A stretch of DNA of 64,000 nucleotides from the NCBI RefSeq assembly GCF_009914755.1, contig NC_060930.1; one strand, 5' to 3'. Source of the stretch: the human T2T-CHM13v2.0 reference genome, Homo sapiens. The number at the start of each line of letters is the position of its first letter. The stretch's first letter is position 1. This document shows, piece by piece, positions 1 to 13,205 of the stretch. Position numbers and translations under genes: made by a program. Below the pieces are notes generated by a model. The model was not told the DNA's origin and searched no databases. It was given only the letters and a program-made list of their open reading frames with translations.

Positions 1-342
1 AATGGGGAGAGAGCAGAACTGGGCACCTGTGCTACTGTTGCTTGACCAGGGTCAGGAAGAACACTCAGTGACTGTCATCGGTTCTCCCGTGCAGAAGCCT
101 TTTTGCTGGAAGAATGCAGATTATTATTGATTCCATTACTGGAAATGTAGGGAAATCTTCCCCCACAAACTTGCTGCTGTTTCTTTCTTGGTGCATACAA
201 TTATTTTTGTTTCACTTGGATGCTTGAAAAATTTATTCCAAGAAAACAACCAAATAATGTCTCTTTTTATTTATGTGTAACACATATGTACGATATGTTT
301 CACTTTTCTACATATATATGGAAAAACAAAAATAGATATCAT

Positions 343-560
343 TATATATAAGTATATATAAAATATATTTACTATATATATAAAGTAAATATAAAATATA
401 TTTACTTTATATATATAAAGTAAATATAAAATATATTTACTTTATATATATAAAGTAAATATAAAATATATTTACTTTATATATATAAAGTAAATATAAA
501 ATATATTTACTTTATATATAAAGTATATATAAAAATATAAAATATATAATATAAAATATA
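343..560. repeat. AT-rich minisatellite with four perfect 35-bp self-complementary units (381-520) and degenerate flanks
   Basis: Unit taaagtaaatata-aaa-tatatttacttta-tatata at 381, 416, 451 and 486. Confidence 0.95.
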
Positions 561-1324
561 TATCTGTGTGCATTGCTGTTCCATACACCATGGACACACA
601 AGTGCATGCACAACACACATACACACAATTGCAGTTCCATGCAGTGTTTCTAAGATGTTTTCTGGCAAGGGCCTTTGAAAGAATAAAGGGCATAGCCTTC
701 TCAGTGTCAGTACATGTGTAAATATCTTCAGGTTCTATGAAAACATCTTCAGTTTTTCAATAATAGATTGTTTGGAGGGCAGTTTTATGATCTATAGTAC
801 ACATTAGATAGCCTTCAAGGAATTCTTCTGCAAAAACAGAGGAAGTCAGAATTTTTTGATCTTATTTTTTCCCTTTCTATGTCTAAAAATGTCCCATCTC
901 CAGAATCAACTCTTGCCCTAATGAGCTGAAACTACATTAGCAAAGTCTTAGGCAGATAAATGGACTCAAACCTTGGTTTGATGATCCTACTTAAGACATT
1001 CAATTAATTCTGTTTTGCTACAAGCTAATTTATGACTTTGTATTTATTCAAAAAATGTTGAACATACAAAGCAGTGGGAGACAAAGTAATGAATTATTCT
1101 ACCTTCCTTCATGTGCTCTCCTGTGTTCACTACAGTAAGGGAGGAAGAGAAACAGGAAAGAAATGCTTTTGATGTAAGATATGTGGGTATTTTCTTGTCA
1201 TACGAGGCAGCCTTTCTCTGATAAAAACACATATACAAGCCCTCTAGGAGATGCTAATTAATACATTAAATGTTACTTTATTAATTGCTGTTACAATTTT
1301 CTTTATTTACCCTGTAAATAGTTT

Positions 1325-1478
1325 TTTCTCCTTCCTTTCTTACTTTCTTGATTCCTTCATTTTTTCCTTCCTTCCTTCCTCCCTCCCTACCTTCCTTCCT
1401 TTTTCCCTCTTTCTGTCCCTCCCTGTTTCCTTCTTCCCTCCCTCCCTGCCTCCCTCTCTGTCTTTGTTCCTTTTCTTT
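1325..1478. repeat. Pyrimidine-rich low-complexity tract, (TTCC)n/(CCCT)n-like
   Basis: Near-pure C/T run; source of the spurious Phe/Leu/Pro/Ser ORFs. Confidence 0.9.
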
Positions 1479-4450
1479 GTGATAAGATTTAGTTTAACGT
1501 GGTCATAAAACTTGCTTGCTTTATGGTGGATCATGAGTGGCAGCTTGATAAAACTGTGATACATTAACAGATATTATGATCCACTTTTCTGTGGCAAAGC
1601 TTAATAATTGATCTGTATAATTTGAGAGAGAAGAAAAATCTGAGAGCTTTAAAGTAATTTACAGCCCCATGCCACACTCGGTGTGTTTTTAATGAGCTTC
1701 TCTAGATCTACAGGTAGTGAAAGTTTTCTCTGCTGATGTGCAGGGCAACTTGTCAAGACATCCTGCAGGGAAGTGTGTTCAAAGAAGGTCAGCCAGGGAA
1801 TGGAACTGCATGAGGTGATGCTGTGGTATATAATTGACTTCCTGTTTCTCTGGAAAGTGATAGAAGGTGAGGTTGAGAGGAAGCTGCCCCTTCTCAATTC
1901 CCTCTCCCTCTTTCTCAGTTTATTAAAACTGCTTTTCTTATCTCCCCTTCTACTATTTATCTTTCCTCTTTGCATTCTGCAGCCTAAAACTCTAATCGCA
2001 ACCCATGTTGCTTTTGTTGCTGAATTAAGAATATTAAATATTTCTTATAAATGACCCCATATTTCCAGACTGCTTTGTTTTAGAAGGCTTATATTTTTCA
2101 TCTATTTTTCTGAGGGCAAGCAAAAATCATGTTCCTCTCCCCAGCATGACAGGCAACGTTATTGTGTGAGATGAGTTAGTCTTGCTATGTTGCAAAAGAG
2201 AGTCATATTCTTCGGGACTCTTTGCTGTGATATTTTTTGCTGTGTCCAGTCCTGTACTCTGGAGGACTAACTATCTCCACCTATCTTGACAGACTCCTCC
2301 TCACCCTCTAATCAATGACCATGCACAAAATATACATTTGTCAAAGTCATTTGCCAAAGACTTTCTGCTTATACCAATATTTCTGCTTATACCAGTTGGA
2401 AAAATAAGTGCTTAAAATGAACATATTTCAGTCAATTTAAAATAAACTTCATCTTCATGGTATGAAAGAAAGTAATTGTAGAGTACCTTTCTTTTGTTGC
2501 ATTTAAAAAATGTAGTTCTAAGTATCTATTATGTTAGACAGCATTCTGTGAACCACTTGCTTTCTTCTCTCCAGAGAATTTCAGAGAGTGAACTTGGATA
2601 GAATCAGTCATAAAATCAATTGCCAGCAGGGTGATATAGGACCTTGACAATGCTGGTAAAAAGTACAGGCAAGTGAGGATAGTATATGCACAAGGATAGC
2701 CAAGGAACTGATCCCCACCCCCCTTTATTCTTTGGTGTATGGAGAAGGCTTCCAACATTCTCTTGCCTGGCTGTGTTTATAGAGGGGCTGTGTGGTGTTC
2801 TTGCTGGTCTGGCTTTCTCTTGCATTTTCTTGTTAGGACTTCTGGAAAAGAGAGCTTTCCTCGGTTGTTCAGAGGAGGGCAGAAACCCAACATTCTTTCA
2901 GAGCTGTCCAAGGTGAAAGGGGTGTGGAAGAACAAGAACATCGGTGCTCAGCATGAATCTGCCCCATGTCACATTGGAGCTCGCCATGGGAACTGAGTCT
3001 CCTATCATATCCTGGTTTTCCAGTTGACAAAACATGGAGTGAATGAGGGGTGCTTCTGATGAGGTCTTAGAAGTCATCAAGACATCAAGGAAGATGTGTC
3101 TCAGGTTTTGGCTCAACATTTCTGATTATCTGGATGTTTAAAACATTGAATGTTTGAAAGATTATTTTATAAAGAAAATGGTGACAAAGGAAAAGAAAAC
3201 ATTTTTTTCCCCCAGAGATTCCCTAAGGGATGTGCACGTAGATCTTCTACTCCAGGCTGGATTGCTCTGTGGTCAGTAGAGATAGCATGAGATGGAACAG
3301 CAGATGCACTGTGTCCAGGTACTAGGAGGAGCTAGGACACTGGCATCATTTATCTGTACAGCTCACTTCCTGATTTTACCCTTCCGTAATCACACTGAAC
3401 AACTAGGTACTCACATTTAAGTGCCGTCTTAGGAATTGGCCAAATTAAAAAGATACAAATTTCCCATCTAGGAACCAAGACATTAAATTGCTAATACCAG
3501 ATGAGGCAAACTTCCATGGGCTTCTATATTGGGTAAGTTTTTATGGATCCCTGACTGGCATTCTTTGGCACAGTTGCATTTCATGTGAATCAAGCTGTGA
3601 TGACTATGCTACTCTCCAAGGGTATTCAAACTGCTGTTCCTTGCGTAGCTCTCTCAGGCCCCAGTTTTTGGACCCTCTATTTTGGAGACACTGTTTTGCC
3701 TGTTGAGTTGAATCATCAAGATGGACTTTTCTGACTTTCTAGATTCACCTTATATGCTGTTTGATCTTTATTACTTGCAATATGAAGCCATACTTTATTT
3801 TACCATTTAAAATGTAGCCATAGGAATAGATCATATTTTAGTCCTGATGTTAATCTAGACTTCTCCATAGAGGCAGTATTTTTTCTTCATGGGAACTCCT
3901 GCAAATTTTCACAGTTATATTTTTATGCATGATTTTAAAACCCAAAACTTTGAGTTAATGGCTATTCCAGTTATTTCTAGTAAGGAAGATAATGACTATA
4001 ATTATAAATTATAGGCTGAAAAAAAGTTCATTTTAAGGTGAAACCTTGGGTATTACCTGAGTTCTAAAGTGACCTATTTAAGACTTGGTCTTCAAACTGA
4101 TGTGTCTAAATTTAATATTATAGTAAACTAGCTATTCTAAAACATGGCCAGGGAATGGATATTTGAGTTAAACAAACTTGGCTCTGGAAAGGGCCATGTA
4201 GCATGAATGGTATAATTTTGTGTAGAAGAAAATAATATATACTTCATTCTAAATGTATGTTAAAAATAATTTAAACCTTCTTTAGTTTATAAAACCTTCC
4301 TGGAATTTTGCAATGCTTAAGAGTTATTAGGCACAATAATTACTATATTGAATTATAGGGAATGTATGTGGAATGTATATTGAAAGACTTGAGTATTTCT
4401 CTATTTAAATAGTTGGGTATTTGTACAAGGCAGTGATGTATAGTGAGAGT

Positions 4451-4711
4451 CTTCCTTTTTTCCTTCCTTCCTTCCTTCCTTCCTTCCTTCCTTCCTTCTT
4501 TCCTTCTTTCCTTACTCCCTTCCTTCTTTCCTCCCTTCCTCCCTTCCTTCCTCCCTCCTTCTCTTCCTCTCTCCCTGTCTTCCTTCCTCTATCCCTCTCC
4601 TCTCATACCCTATCCCACTTTTCTCTCCCCTCCCCTCCCCTTCTCTCTTCTCTTCTCTTCTCTTCTCTTCTCTTCTCTTCTCCTCTCTTCTCTTCTCTCC
4701 TCCATTCCTTT
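4451..4711. repeat. Compound polypyrimidine microsatellite, (TTCC)n plus (CTTCT)n
   Basis: Directly visible tandem TTCC and TCTTC units. Confidence 0.95.
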
Positions 4712-4889
4712 CAGAAATATCAACCAAATGCCCTCTCTGAGCCAAGCATTATGTTGTGGAGATACACAACTAAGACATGTAAGTCAATTACTATCTGCTT
4801 TGTCTCTTAAACCTAGAACATAAAAAGTAATTCTTTATTCCTTTTTTTTTTTTTTTTTTTTGCTCTGCTTACACAGCTGTCAGAATGCT

Positions 4890-5650
4890 TGTTGACTCTA
4901 CCTCCAAAATATATAACCCGGATCTGCTACACCAATCAACTGCCATACCTACCCACCTTAGGGCCATGCCATCATCACTTTCACCTCATCTATTACAGTT
5001 GTCACCTAGCTGGTCTCCTGGCATAGACGGTTACCTTCCTTATCATTTATCTTCTAGTAGCCAAAGTGCTGTTTAAAAATATAAATCCTATCGTGTCGTC
5101 TCTCCGCTTTTTGTAACCATCCAGTAACTTCCAATGCTTTGTATTTGATGATGAGTTCTTAATTCTTTCCTTTGTCCTTACATGGCGTGACCCCTTCTAC
5201 CTCCCTAGTCCCTTGCTGGTAACTCCCTCTCTTGCATACTGCTCTCCAGTGATACTCATGCACTCTTTGATCTTCAGAAAGCTTGTGCCTGCCTCAGAGT
5301 CCTTGCCCTTGATTTTTCCTCTGCCCAGAGTGATCTTTTCCTCATTGCTATGGCAGGTTTCATTTCTTCATTCATGCCTTAGCTCAGATGCTAGCTTTCT
5401 AGAGAGAACTTCCATCACCTGGCTCCAGTCTTCATCACTCTCTATCACGTTGCCTTACTTTATTATTCTCATGACACTACTGCTAACCAAAATTACTTTA
5501 TTAATTTATCTGTTTGCACAGTTTTTATTTACGTTTCCCACTAGAATGTAATCTCTATGACAGCTGGTCATTTTCTGTTTTGTTTGTGACTGCATCCTTA
5601 TTCATGACTGTATCCCCAATGCTGAGGCCAGAGTTTAGCATATTCCAGCG
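4890..5650 (+). mobile_element. LINE-2 3' portion (L2a-like)
   Basis: L2 3' motifs ctacctccaaaatata, ctagctggtctcc, agccaaagtgctgtttaaaa, cccactagaatgtaatctctatga, tgtatccccaatgct. Confidence 0.75.
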
Positions 5651-5755
5651 GCTAGTTTCTTACTTTTCTTTCATAAATCTTATGAAGGCTGATGGCTTCT
5701 ATTTAAAAAACTTATATTAGTCCTTTTACAAAATTTAAGTCTAATATAACAAGGA

Positions 5756-6125
5756 TGTATCAGTCTGCTTGGGCTGCCATAACAAAATGTCACAGACTGG
5801 GAGGCTAGAAGTTCAAGATCAAGGTGCTGTCAGGGTTGGTTTTTCATGAGGCATCTCTTTCTGGCTTGTAGATAATTGCCTTCTCCCTTTTTTCTTCTCT
5901 GTGCACACTCAGGGGGACAGAGAGAGAGAGGGAGAGGGGTGGATCTATCTGATATCTCTTTCTCTTCTTACAAGAACAATAATCCTATTGAATTGGGGCC
6001 CCTTCCTTATGACCTTATTTAACCTCAATTTCCTCCTAAAGGCCCTATCTCCAAACACAGTCACATTGGGGGTTAGGACTTCAAAATATAAATTGGGAGA
6101 TGAGGACACAGTTCGGTGCATAACA
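5756..6125 (-). mobile_element. MaLR solo LTR (MLT1A/MLT1B-like) with 5-bp TSD AAGGA
   Basis: tgtatcagtctgcttgggctgccataacaaaa...ggttaggacttcaaaatata...cataaca; AAGGA at 5751-5755 and 6126-6130. Confidence 0.9.
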
Positions 6126-9100
6126 AAGGATGAGGAGAAAAGTCCTTTTATTTTGGTTGTCTAAACTATAATGAATTTGTGCAATCTACACAGGAACAAT
6201 CTGAGAATTTGGCATCTATATTTTGGCCAAAGTATTGCTTGACTTGTAGTTAGTATATCTCAGTGTATGTTATGTCACAAATTGTATATTTTAATGGGAT
6301 ATTTTAGTGAGCTTCTCCTTGATATGCACAGTGGGGCATAAACATGCTGATAATTTAAATTGTGATTTTTTTTTTCAGAAGGGTTTGGCTAGGTAGCATG
6401 CTTAATTGTATGGAGCTCTTCTTCTCAGGAGTTTGCCTTCCAAAACTCCTTGAAGCTTCATGCTTTCAATGAGCATTAATATTATGATGTGCAAAAATTT
6501 ACCATGGGCCAAGCTTAATTCCATAAAAGCCAGATAGAAGGCTTCAAAAAAAGATAGAAAACAAATTATGAAAAAACTCTTTTTCTTGTCTTCTCTCTTT
6601 CTTCTCACCATGTTTTCTCTTTCTCCTCATGCTTTCTTCTTTAGAAGGAAATCTTGGGTGAGATATGATTTCCTTAATTCACTTTATTGCCTATTTCCCT
6701 AGGCATGAATATTTAGGAGATACCTAAGGATGGTTTCTAGGCAGTGACAGAAATGGAAATTATTTACCCTGGGAACTCTGCATGTATCCTTGTTAACTCA
6801 TTTGCATACTGTTAAATGAATAACATATTGGTGGGACCAGAAGACTTGGAAGCTCTCCATCATCCACACTCCATTTTTATACTCTGTTTTTAGAGTGACA
6901 ATCTTGTTTGTTTACCTAAGTTGCAAGATACCCCATATCTTATACAAATGGGAAAATTAATCGGGCAGATTCATGCATGAATTAAGTTGTTGCCTTGTTT
7001 TGTATTTTCAGGAATCTCAGGTGAAATAAATGGGCTTGCAGCAATAATGAGGAGTTTTCAGTCGCTGAAATTTAAATTTCTTATTGAATGATTCAGTTTT
7101 CAGTGGCTACATCATTCAATAATAAATTTAAAACATTACATAAATATGGTGTGATTATTATGTGCACACGATAAAACCCAGTACATTTTTAGAATAAGTC
7201 AAATTCAGATAAAATTGGAGGGGGATTGTTTAACCACTGAGAAGCTGCTAGAGCATTTGATTGTAGATTGGAAATTTTGAAAACCTTCACATAGACTGTG
7301 ATAAACTGGCTGCTCTGCTGTAAATGAGATAATATGGGGCAACCACTTGATGTTACTTTCAAATCTAACCTAAGAAGCTATACAAATATTGGGGTGTATA
7401 GAGGAATTATCATATGCATATCTCCGAGGCATATAAAACTAAATTTGGTACTGAAAGTGATTTGGCTGGGATGTGGTGAAAATGTTCACCAGGTTTAAAT
7501 TTTTTTAGGAACCTAAAGAAAGAGAAACCTCATGTTTTATGAGATCTAATCCATTTATTTGGGGGTGGATTTAAATGAATGAGCATCTTATTTAACTGGG
7601 CAATCCTGTGTATTCCAGCTGCAGATGAAGAGATTGCTTCGCTTCAAACCTCCTGACTGCCATGGAACCATCTGGCACATACACGTGTGTGGGTAGGTGA
7701 GACTCCAGCTATCACTAATTTACCACTTCATACCACATCTGGGTACAGAGGCAGAATTAAAACTCATCTTGAGTCCTTTCCAGCCACCTTAAAGCTCATT
7801 CTTTTCTACTTTTTAACTTATAGGAAGCTATCTATTCTTAGATAAAATAGTTGGAATAGAAAAAAATAGCAATTACAGTTGACGACATCTAAACTGGGCA
7901 AGATTTTATTTCATTTCATTCACACTTAGAGGTTTATCCCCAATTATTGCTTTTAATCAAGGGGAAAAAGGTTTGCATGTTTTTCCCCTACATGCTACTT
8001 TGAGCAATATTCATATGTTATGTGAAATGATTATGCTAAATGTATGTGAGAACTTGAGTCTTGGTGTGGATATATATTGAGTCTATGGGACCCAAAAGAG
8101 AACAACAGGATGAAGGTAGCAAAGTCAAGGGATTGTGAAAAAATGAAGAACTAGTAAGCAATGGGCAAGTGGGGACTTGAATGAGAAATTGGGTGGTTTG
8201 AACAGATTGTGTATATGTTTTCCTCTCTGAGACCCATAAGATTCCTTATATATTGCATGGGGAAAAATAATCTTTGCCTTCTTTTTAACCTCTTAACAAT
8301 GTACTTTCATCATTGCTGTACATTCTTTTAAGCTTAGCTCAGAAAAGAAGGGGTAATATAATACAGGAGCTCAACTGAAAACTGGCTTTAGATCTCTCCC
8401 TAGCCAGGTAAGACACAAAGGAGGTCATTAGTAACACATGTTTTCTTGTTAAACTGGATGTATTACTACAGTTGAAAAGAGTGGTATAATGCCTAGCACA
8501 TCATTTTCCCTCTTTTTTTTATAAATCATTCCACAAAGAGAAACAGCATCTTTAAGAACCAGACTGTCTGGACATGTGTCTTATGGTGTAAAATGCAGAC
8601 AAGCATGGCCTAGGGGCTTCTTCTGTCTGGTTGCTCTTCACTGGAGTGCTGGTAGTGCCTGATTCAATTAGTAATCAGAGATGTAGTCATTGCTATTTTG
8701 TGACTTTAAGAGACTTGATTGTGAATTATATTCACAGATTGCAAATTTATTTCTAAATATGGCCCTTTGTATTTGAGGACCTCAAGAATCTTACAGTCTG
8801 TGATAAAATCTAGTTTCCTCCATATAATAATACATCAGACATCATTGTATTCATCAAGATTTTGGTCAATAGATCCAGGCAAAATCCATGTGTGTGAGTA
8901 ATTAATTTGCCAAGATTTTGTTTGTGAGAATAATTTTGTTAGCTATCCTCCTCCTGCCCTACCCCAGCTGAGATATCTAATGACTAACACATATAATTCC
9001 AAAATGGGAACATCTCAGGTTTTAATGTCTGAAGCTAATTAGTCCACAAAAGTTGAGCCTGCCTTACTGATGACACTGTGTTGTATCTGATGGGGCAACC

Positions 9101-10834
9101 AAAAAGATAAGACATATTATTAGTCCTGAAGGAATTTTCAGTGTTTGGGAGGTCAAGCTGTATACAGATTTTAAAAATAACTAATTTTGAAAGTTTTGTT
9201 ACTAAAGTGCCAAGTACATGGTACCTATTAAGTAGTTTTTCTATGAAGGCTTTTTTCTTCACTGCAGAGTTTAGAATGAACTTATCTTAAGGTGGATTTA
9301 AGTGTTTTTACCATGCAGTTTGAGAGCCGTTCTATCTATGAACTCGTATATAAACCATTCTGTCTATAAACCAGACAACTATGGAAGGTTATTAAAAGCA
9401 AATACCATATTTTAGATGGACACTGTGCTGAAAGTTAAAGAGTTATTAAAGACACCGTGATAAAAGTGGATATTTAAGTCTTCCTGTCTAAAAAGACCCA
9501 AGTAACAAACATTTAGGCATTTCCACACTCATGGCATCATTGGCATATGGTCTCATCAAGTGATTTATATTCATAAACACATCAGAAGTTGGAGAAAAGC
9601 TGGCAATTTAACCCTTTTTTAAAGTCACTGATTTTGTTCTATCCCGTAAGAGAATTTTGCCCATCAGAAAAACAGTTAAGACAGGTTTTGCCTATTTCTC
9701 TCCTCCCAGAAAATTTAGTACATAATTCCCATGCTTAAAAAAATGCATCAAAGAAAGAAACACCAGCTTGCTGACACCCTCATAATGGAGTATGGCCAAT
9801 GCAATTGTTGATCTCTTACAGCTTTTTGAAGCAGTTAAGCTCTGAATAGGTCCACCCTTCTGTTATTTAGCCAGCAATCTGCTCCCTTCCAATGAATGAA
9901 ATAAAAGCTGAGAGGCAGGATTTCATTTCTGTTCGAATTAGAAACCTGTCTCTTTAGGACCTGAGTCCTTTCCTTCTCCATTAAATCTTCTACTACCAAG
10001 GAGAGAGAGCAAGAGAGAAAAAAAAAGATTTTGGATATGCAGCATAATGATCATTCCATCAGCTAGTAACTTCACTTTGTGAGGGTTTTTTTTTCTTTAA
10101 TTGAGTACTAGGAGAGCCAAAATGTGAATGCTATAAGCAAATCCATTATTCTTAGTACTGCTACCTATAATTAACACCGCCCAATGGAATTTAAAAAATA
10201 TTTATAAAAAAGGCAACAGAGTAACAATTACCATTATCCCCAACTAAACTCCTCCTCCTCTATGTTTTTATCAAGAGAGTGGTGTTGTTACTTCAACAGG
10301 CACAGTGTTGTGGTGACTTTTGTGATACAAATAAAGCAAGACTAAAATTTTAATTGTGAAATTTAAAAGGAAAGTAATTGCTTAGTGTTGGCTAATTCCA
10401 TCTTTGTGCGATGACAGCAGCTGCGTTTCCCTGCCTTGTGTATTTTAACAGATGGCATTATTTCTTATGGAGTGTTACAGTAGCGACCGAGGTGACACTG
10501 AAGGAAAATTCTGTGACAGTATGTTAAGTAAGATATTACTGACAGCCCTGCTGAGCGGCGATGCAGAACTGCATGTCGTGGATCTATTCTCACCTCTTCA
10601 GCCCCCACCAAATGGTCTCCATTTGTGGCATGTGGATGCAGAATGGAAAGATGAATGGAAAATCATGTTCTTTTTTTCAAATTCACTTGTTTGCATTCCA
10701 TTAATAGGGCTGGGATGGAGGCTCAAATCTGGCATAAAAGATGCATTTATCAATCATGTATCATACTGTTGTACCTTTCTACCAGAGATAGGAAAATGGA
10801 GAGGAACCAATAGGCCCACGTTCTAGGCCAAGAT

Positions 10835-10945
10835 CTGCCACAAGTCACTTTTCTCTAGGATTTGTTTCCTTTGCATAAAATGGTGGGATTGGACTATGGC
10901 AACACAGTCCCTAGGGCCCTTTTCAGCTCCAACTTTCTGTGATGC
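10835..10945 (+). mobile_element. MIR3-like SINE fragment
   Basis: tctgccacaagtcactt...gtttcctttgcataaaatgg...ggccctttttcagctccaactttctgtgat. Confidence 0.6.
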
Positions 10946-11169
10946 TGAAAGTCCTGTGCTTTGTATTTTAATGGCACAGAAGACAAAGCAAAATGCAGGA
11001 TGGGAACTAGATTTTGCACATAGAGAAAAGATCAGTGGGTCATAGGTCAGGATCTCTGGTCATGGTTCAGCCACGAAACAAGTCCCTGAGCCCCTTAGTG
11101 TCAGCGTCTCCACTTCCTTCCCAAGGCTGCAGTCAAGAGCTAATGGGATGCTGCTGCTGAAAGATGCTC

Positions 11170-11480
11170 ATGAATCCAAGAAACATTGCACAGCTGACCT
11201 GTGCTAGACACTGTGCCAAAGACTGGGGATTCAAGGGTGGGTAAAGTGGGGTTCTCATTTTGGAGGAGTCTATCTGATGAAGGAGACAGATATGTACATG
11301 GATAATTATAGTAAGTGTAGTAGAGGCTTTGATGGGCACAAATACAGGGTGATAGAAAAAAATATGTGGGAGTTGCAGCTCACCTGGTAGGGGCCATAGA
11401 AAGCTTCCAGAAAGAAATAGGTTCTAATTTAAGGCAAAGCATAGGTAGAGGCAGGAAGAACACATGACATAACCAGAAGA
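11170..11480 (-). mobile_element. LINE-2 3' fragment
   Basis: tgtgctagacactgtgccaaagactggggattcaag...ggagacagat resembles the antisense L2 end. Confidence 0.55.
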
Positions 11481-12137
11481 TTCTTGAGTCAGGGTTCAGA
11501 AATCATTATGGTTTGCTTTTCCTTCTCCACTGGTCTTAAAAGTAGGAGCCTACCAGCATCTTGGGTCTTGAAGATCAAGGAGTGCTGTTATTTAAATATT
11601 CTGCCTCGTTTCTGAAACAAATGGGTTTGAATGTCTGAGAAATGATATTTAAGGAAATACCACCTGTGACTCTCAGACTCTAAATGTGAACTTGGAACAT
11701 CCTCTCCAGATCTTTCTCTTCACAAATGCTTGTGTGAGGCCCCAAGAGTAGTACAGTGTGCCTTGAAGGCAGGTAGGATGGAGCTACTTTGATTGGTAGA
11801 TGGAGAAATGATGGTGGCTTTATATAATATGAAGTTTTGCCTTTTTAAAACAACCTTTTCTAAGAGAAGAGCTACCAACCTTCTGCTCAGTGACAAATAA
11901 ACCTACTCATATCCTCTCCCTATAGGCTGCCCCTCCTCCATACTAAAGTTTGACATTCTACAGTTTAATTAAGATCACCCTCTAAGCAGCACACCAGGAA
12001 GAGAATGATGGATTTTCTTCCTGCAATATGATAGGAAGGGCAATTCACCAAGTCTGCCACTGTCTGTGCCACTTTCTGTGGAGCTACTTGAAGACGTAAG
12101 AGTGACATCCTTGGTGAGAATGTGGTCAAGTGGGTGA

Positions 12138-12516
12138 TGATATGATTTGGACGTTTGTCCCTTCTAAACTTCATGTTGAAATGTGATCCCAGTGTTGGAG
12201 GTGGGGCCTGGTGGGAGGTGTTTGGATCATGGAGATGAATCTCTCATGAATGTCTTGGTGCTGTCCTTGCAGTAATGAGTGAGTTCTTACTCTATTAGTT
12301 CATGTGAGATCTGGCTGTTTAAAAGAGCCTGGCACCTCCTCCTCTCCTTCTTGCTCCCTGTCTTGCCATGTGACACTCCTGCTCCCCCTTTGCCTTCCAC
12401 CATGATTGTAAACTTCCTGAGGTCTCACCAGAGGCTGAGCAGATGTTGGTGCCATGCTTGTACAGACTGCAGAACTATAAGCCAAATCAACCTCTTTTCT
12501 TCAGAAATTACCCAGA
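12138..12516 (+). mobile_element. MaLR LTR (MSTB/MSTA-like), 3'-truncated
   Basis: tgatatgatttggacgtttgtccc...gttggaggtggggcctggtgggaggtgtttggatcatgg...gccttccaccatgattgtaaacttcctgagg...aattacccag. Confidence 0.88.
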
Positions 12517-12667
12517 TTTTTTGCGGGGGAGTAAAAACTCACTGTGGGATAATTCTACACCAACTCACTATACCACATAACTACTAATGATGAGGTGAAA
12601 TCAAAAGGAGCACCATGACTGCACAATAGCATCTCTAGAAGACATGACTGTGGTGGATGCAAGTGGA

Positions 12668-13205
12668 TGTGGTGGATGTAAAGTGGCTGCAAGTTCTTTA
12701 TTGCAGCTCTCGTCAAGAGCTGATGTGTATTTCCCTGTTCTGTGAATCTAAGCTGCCCCTGTAACTGATTTTAATCAGTAGATCATGGAACAAGAGTTGT
12801 TGCAAAATATCTGAGGCTGGGCTTTGAGGGACTTGCAGTTCCCTTTTAGACTATTTCTTCTTGGAAGCAAGTGGCTTCAGAGCTACTACTGTTCCCTACG
12901 GTAGCTTTCTGGTCTTTCTGAGGCCATAATGCTGCAAGTAATCTCAAGCTAGTTACTTGGAGAGAAAGAAAGGCATATAGAGGTGCACTGGGGCACTAGA
13001 CATGTGAGTGAGGACTTCTTGGACTTTTAGCATAATACATTCACCAACTGAATGTAACCAAGGGAATGATATCAGTCAACATTACCTGGAGTAGAAGAAC
13101 CACCCAGCTGAGCCCTGTTTAAAATATTGACCCATAAAATTATGAGCGAATAAAATGTTTGCTGGTTAAGTCATTAAATTTTGTGGTAATTTCTATGACG
13201 ATATG
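12668..13205 (+). mobile_element. Old MaLR LTR (MLT1G/H-like)
   Basis: agacatgtgagtgagg, gagtagaagaaccacccagctgagccc, aataaaatgtttgctggttaagtcattaaattttgtggtaattt. Confidence 0.75.

Noticed and set aside
381-520. 35-bp palindromic repeats superficially like a CRISPR array
   Set aside because: No unique spacers and no cas genes; eukaryotic context
2362-2394. Short direct duplications (tttctgcttatacca x2; also near 12648, 42607 and 47975)
   Set aside because: Ordinary slippage-type micro-duplications
2739-2996. 85-aa ORF with an internal acceptor-like site near 2835
   Set aside because: No recognisable product, matching donor or processed-pseudogene hallmarks
4421-4823. Overlapping 126-129 aa ORFs, and similar ORFs at 1251-1564
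   Set aside because: Translations of (TTCC)n/(CTTCT)n tracts; they are stop-free only because of base composition
10452-10826. 124-aa ORF starting right after an acceptor-like ttttaacag
   Set aside because: No recognisable domain; the ATG is part of a CAGATG E-box; a regulatory reading fits better
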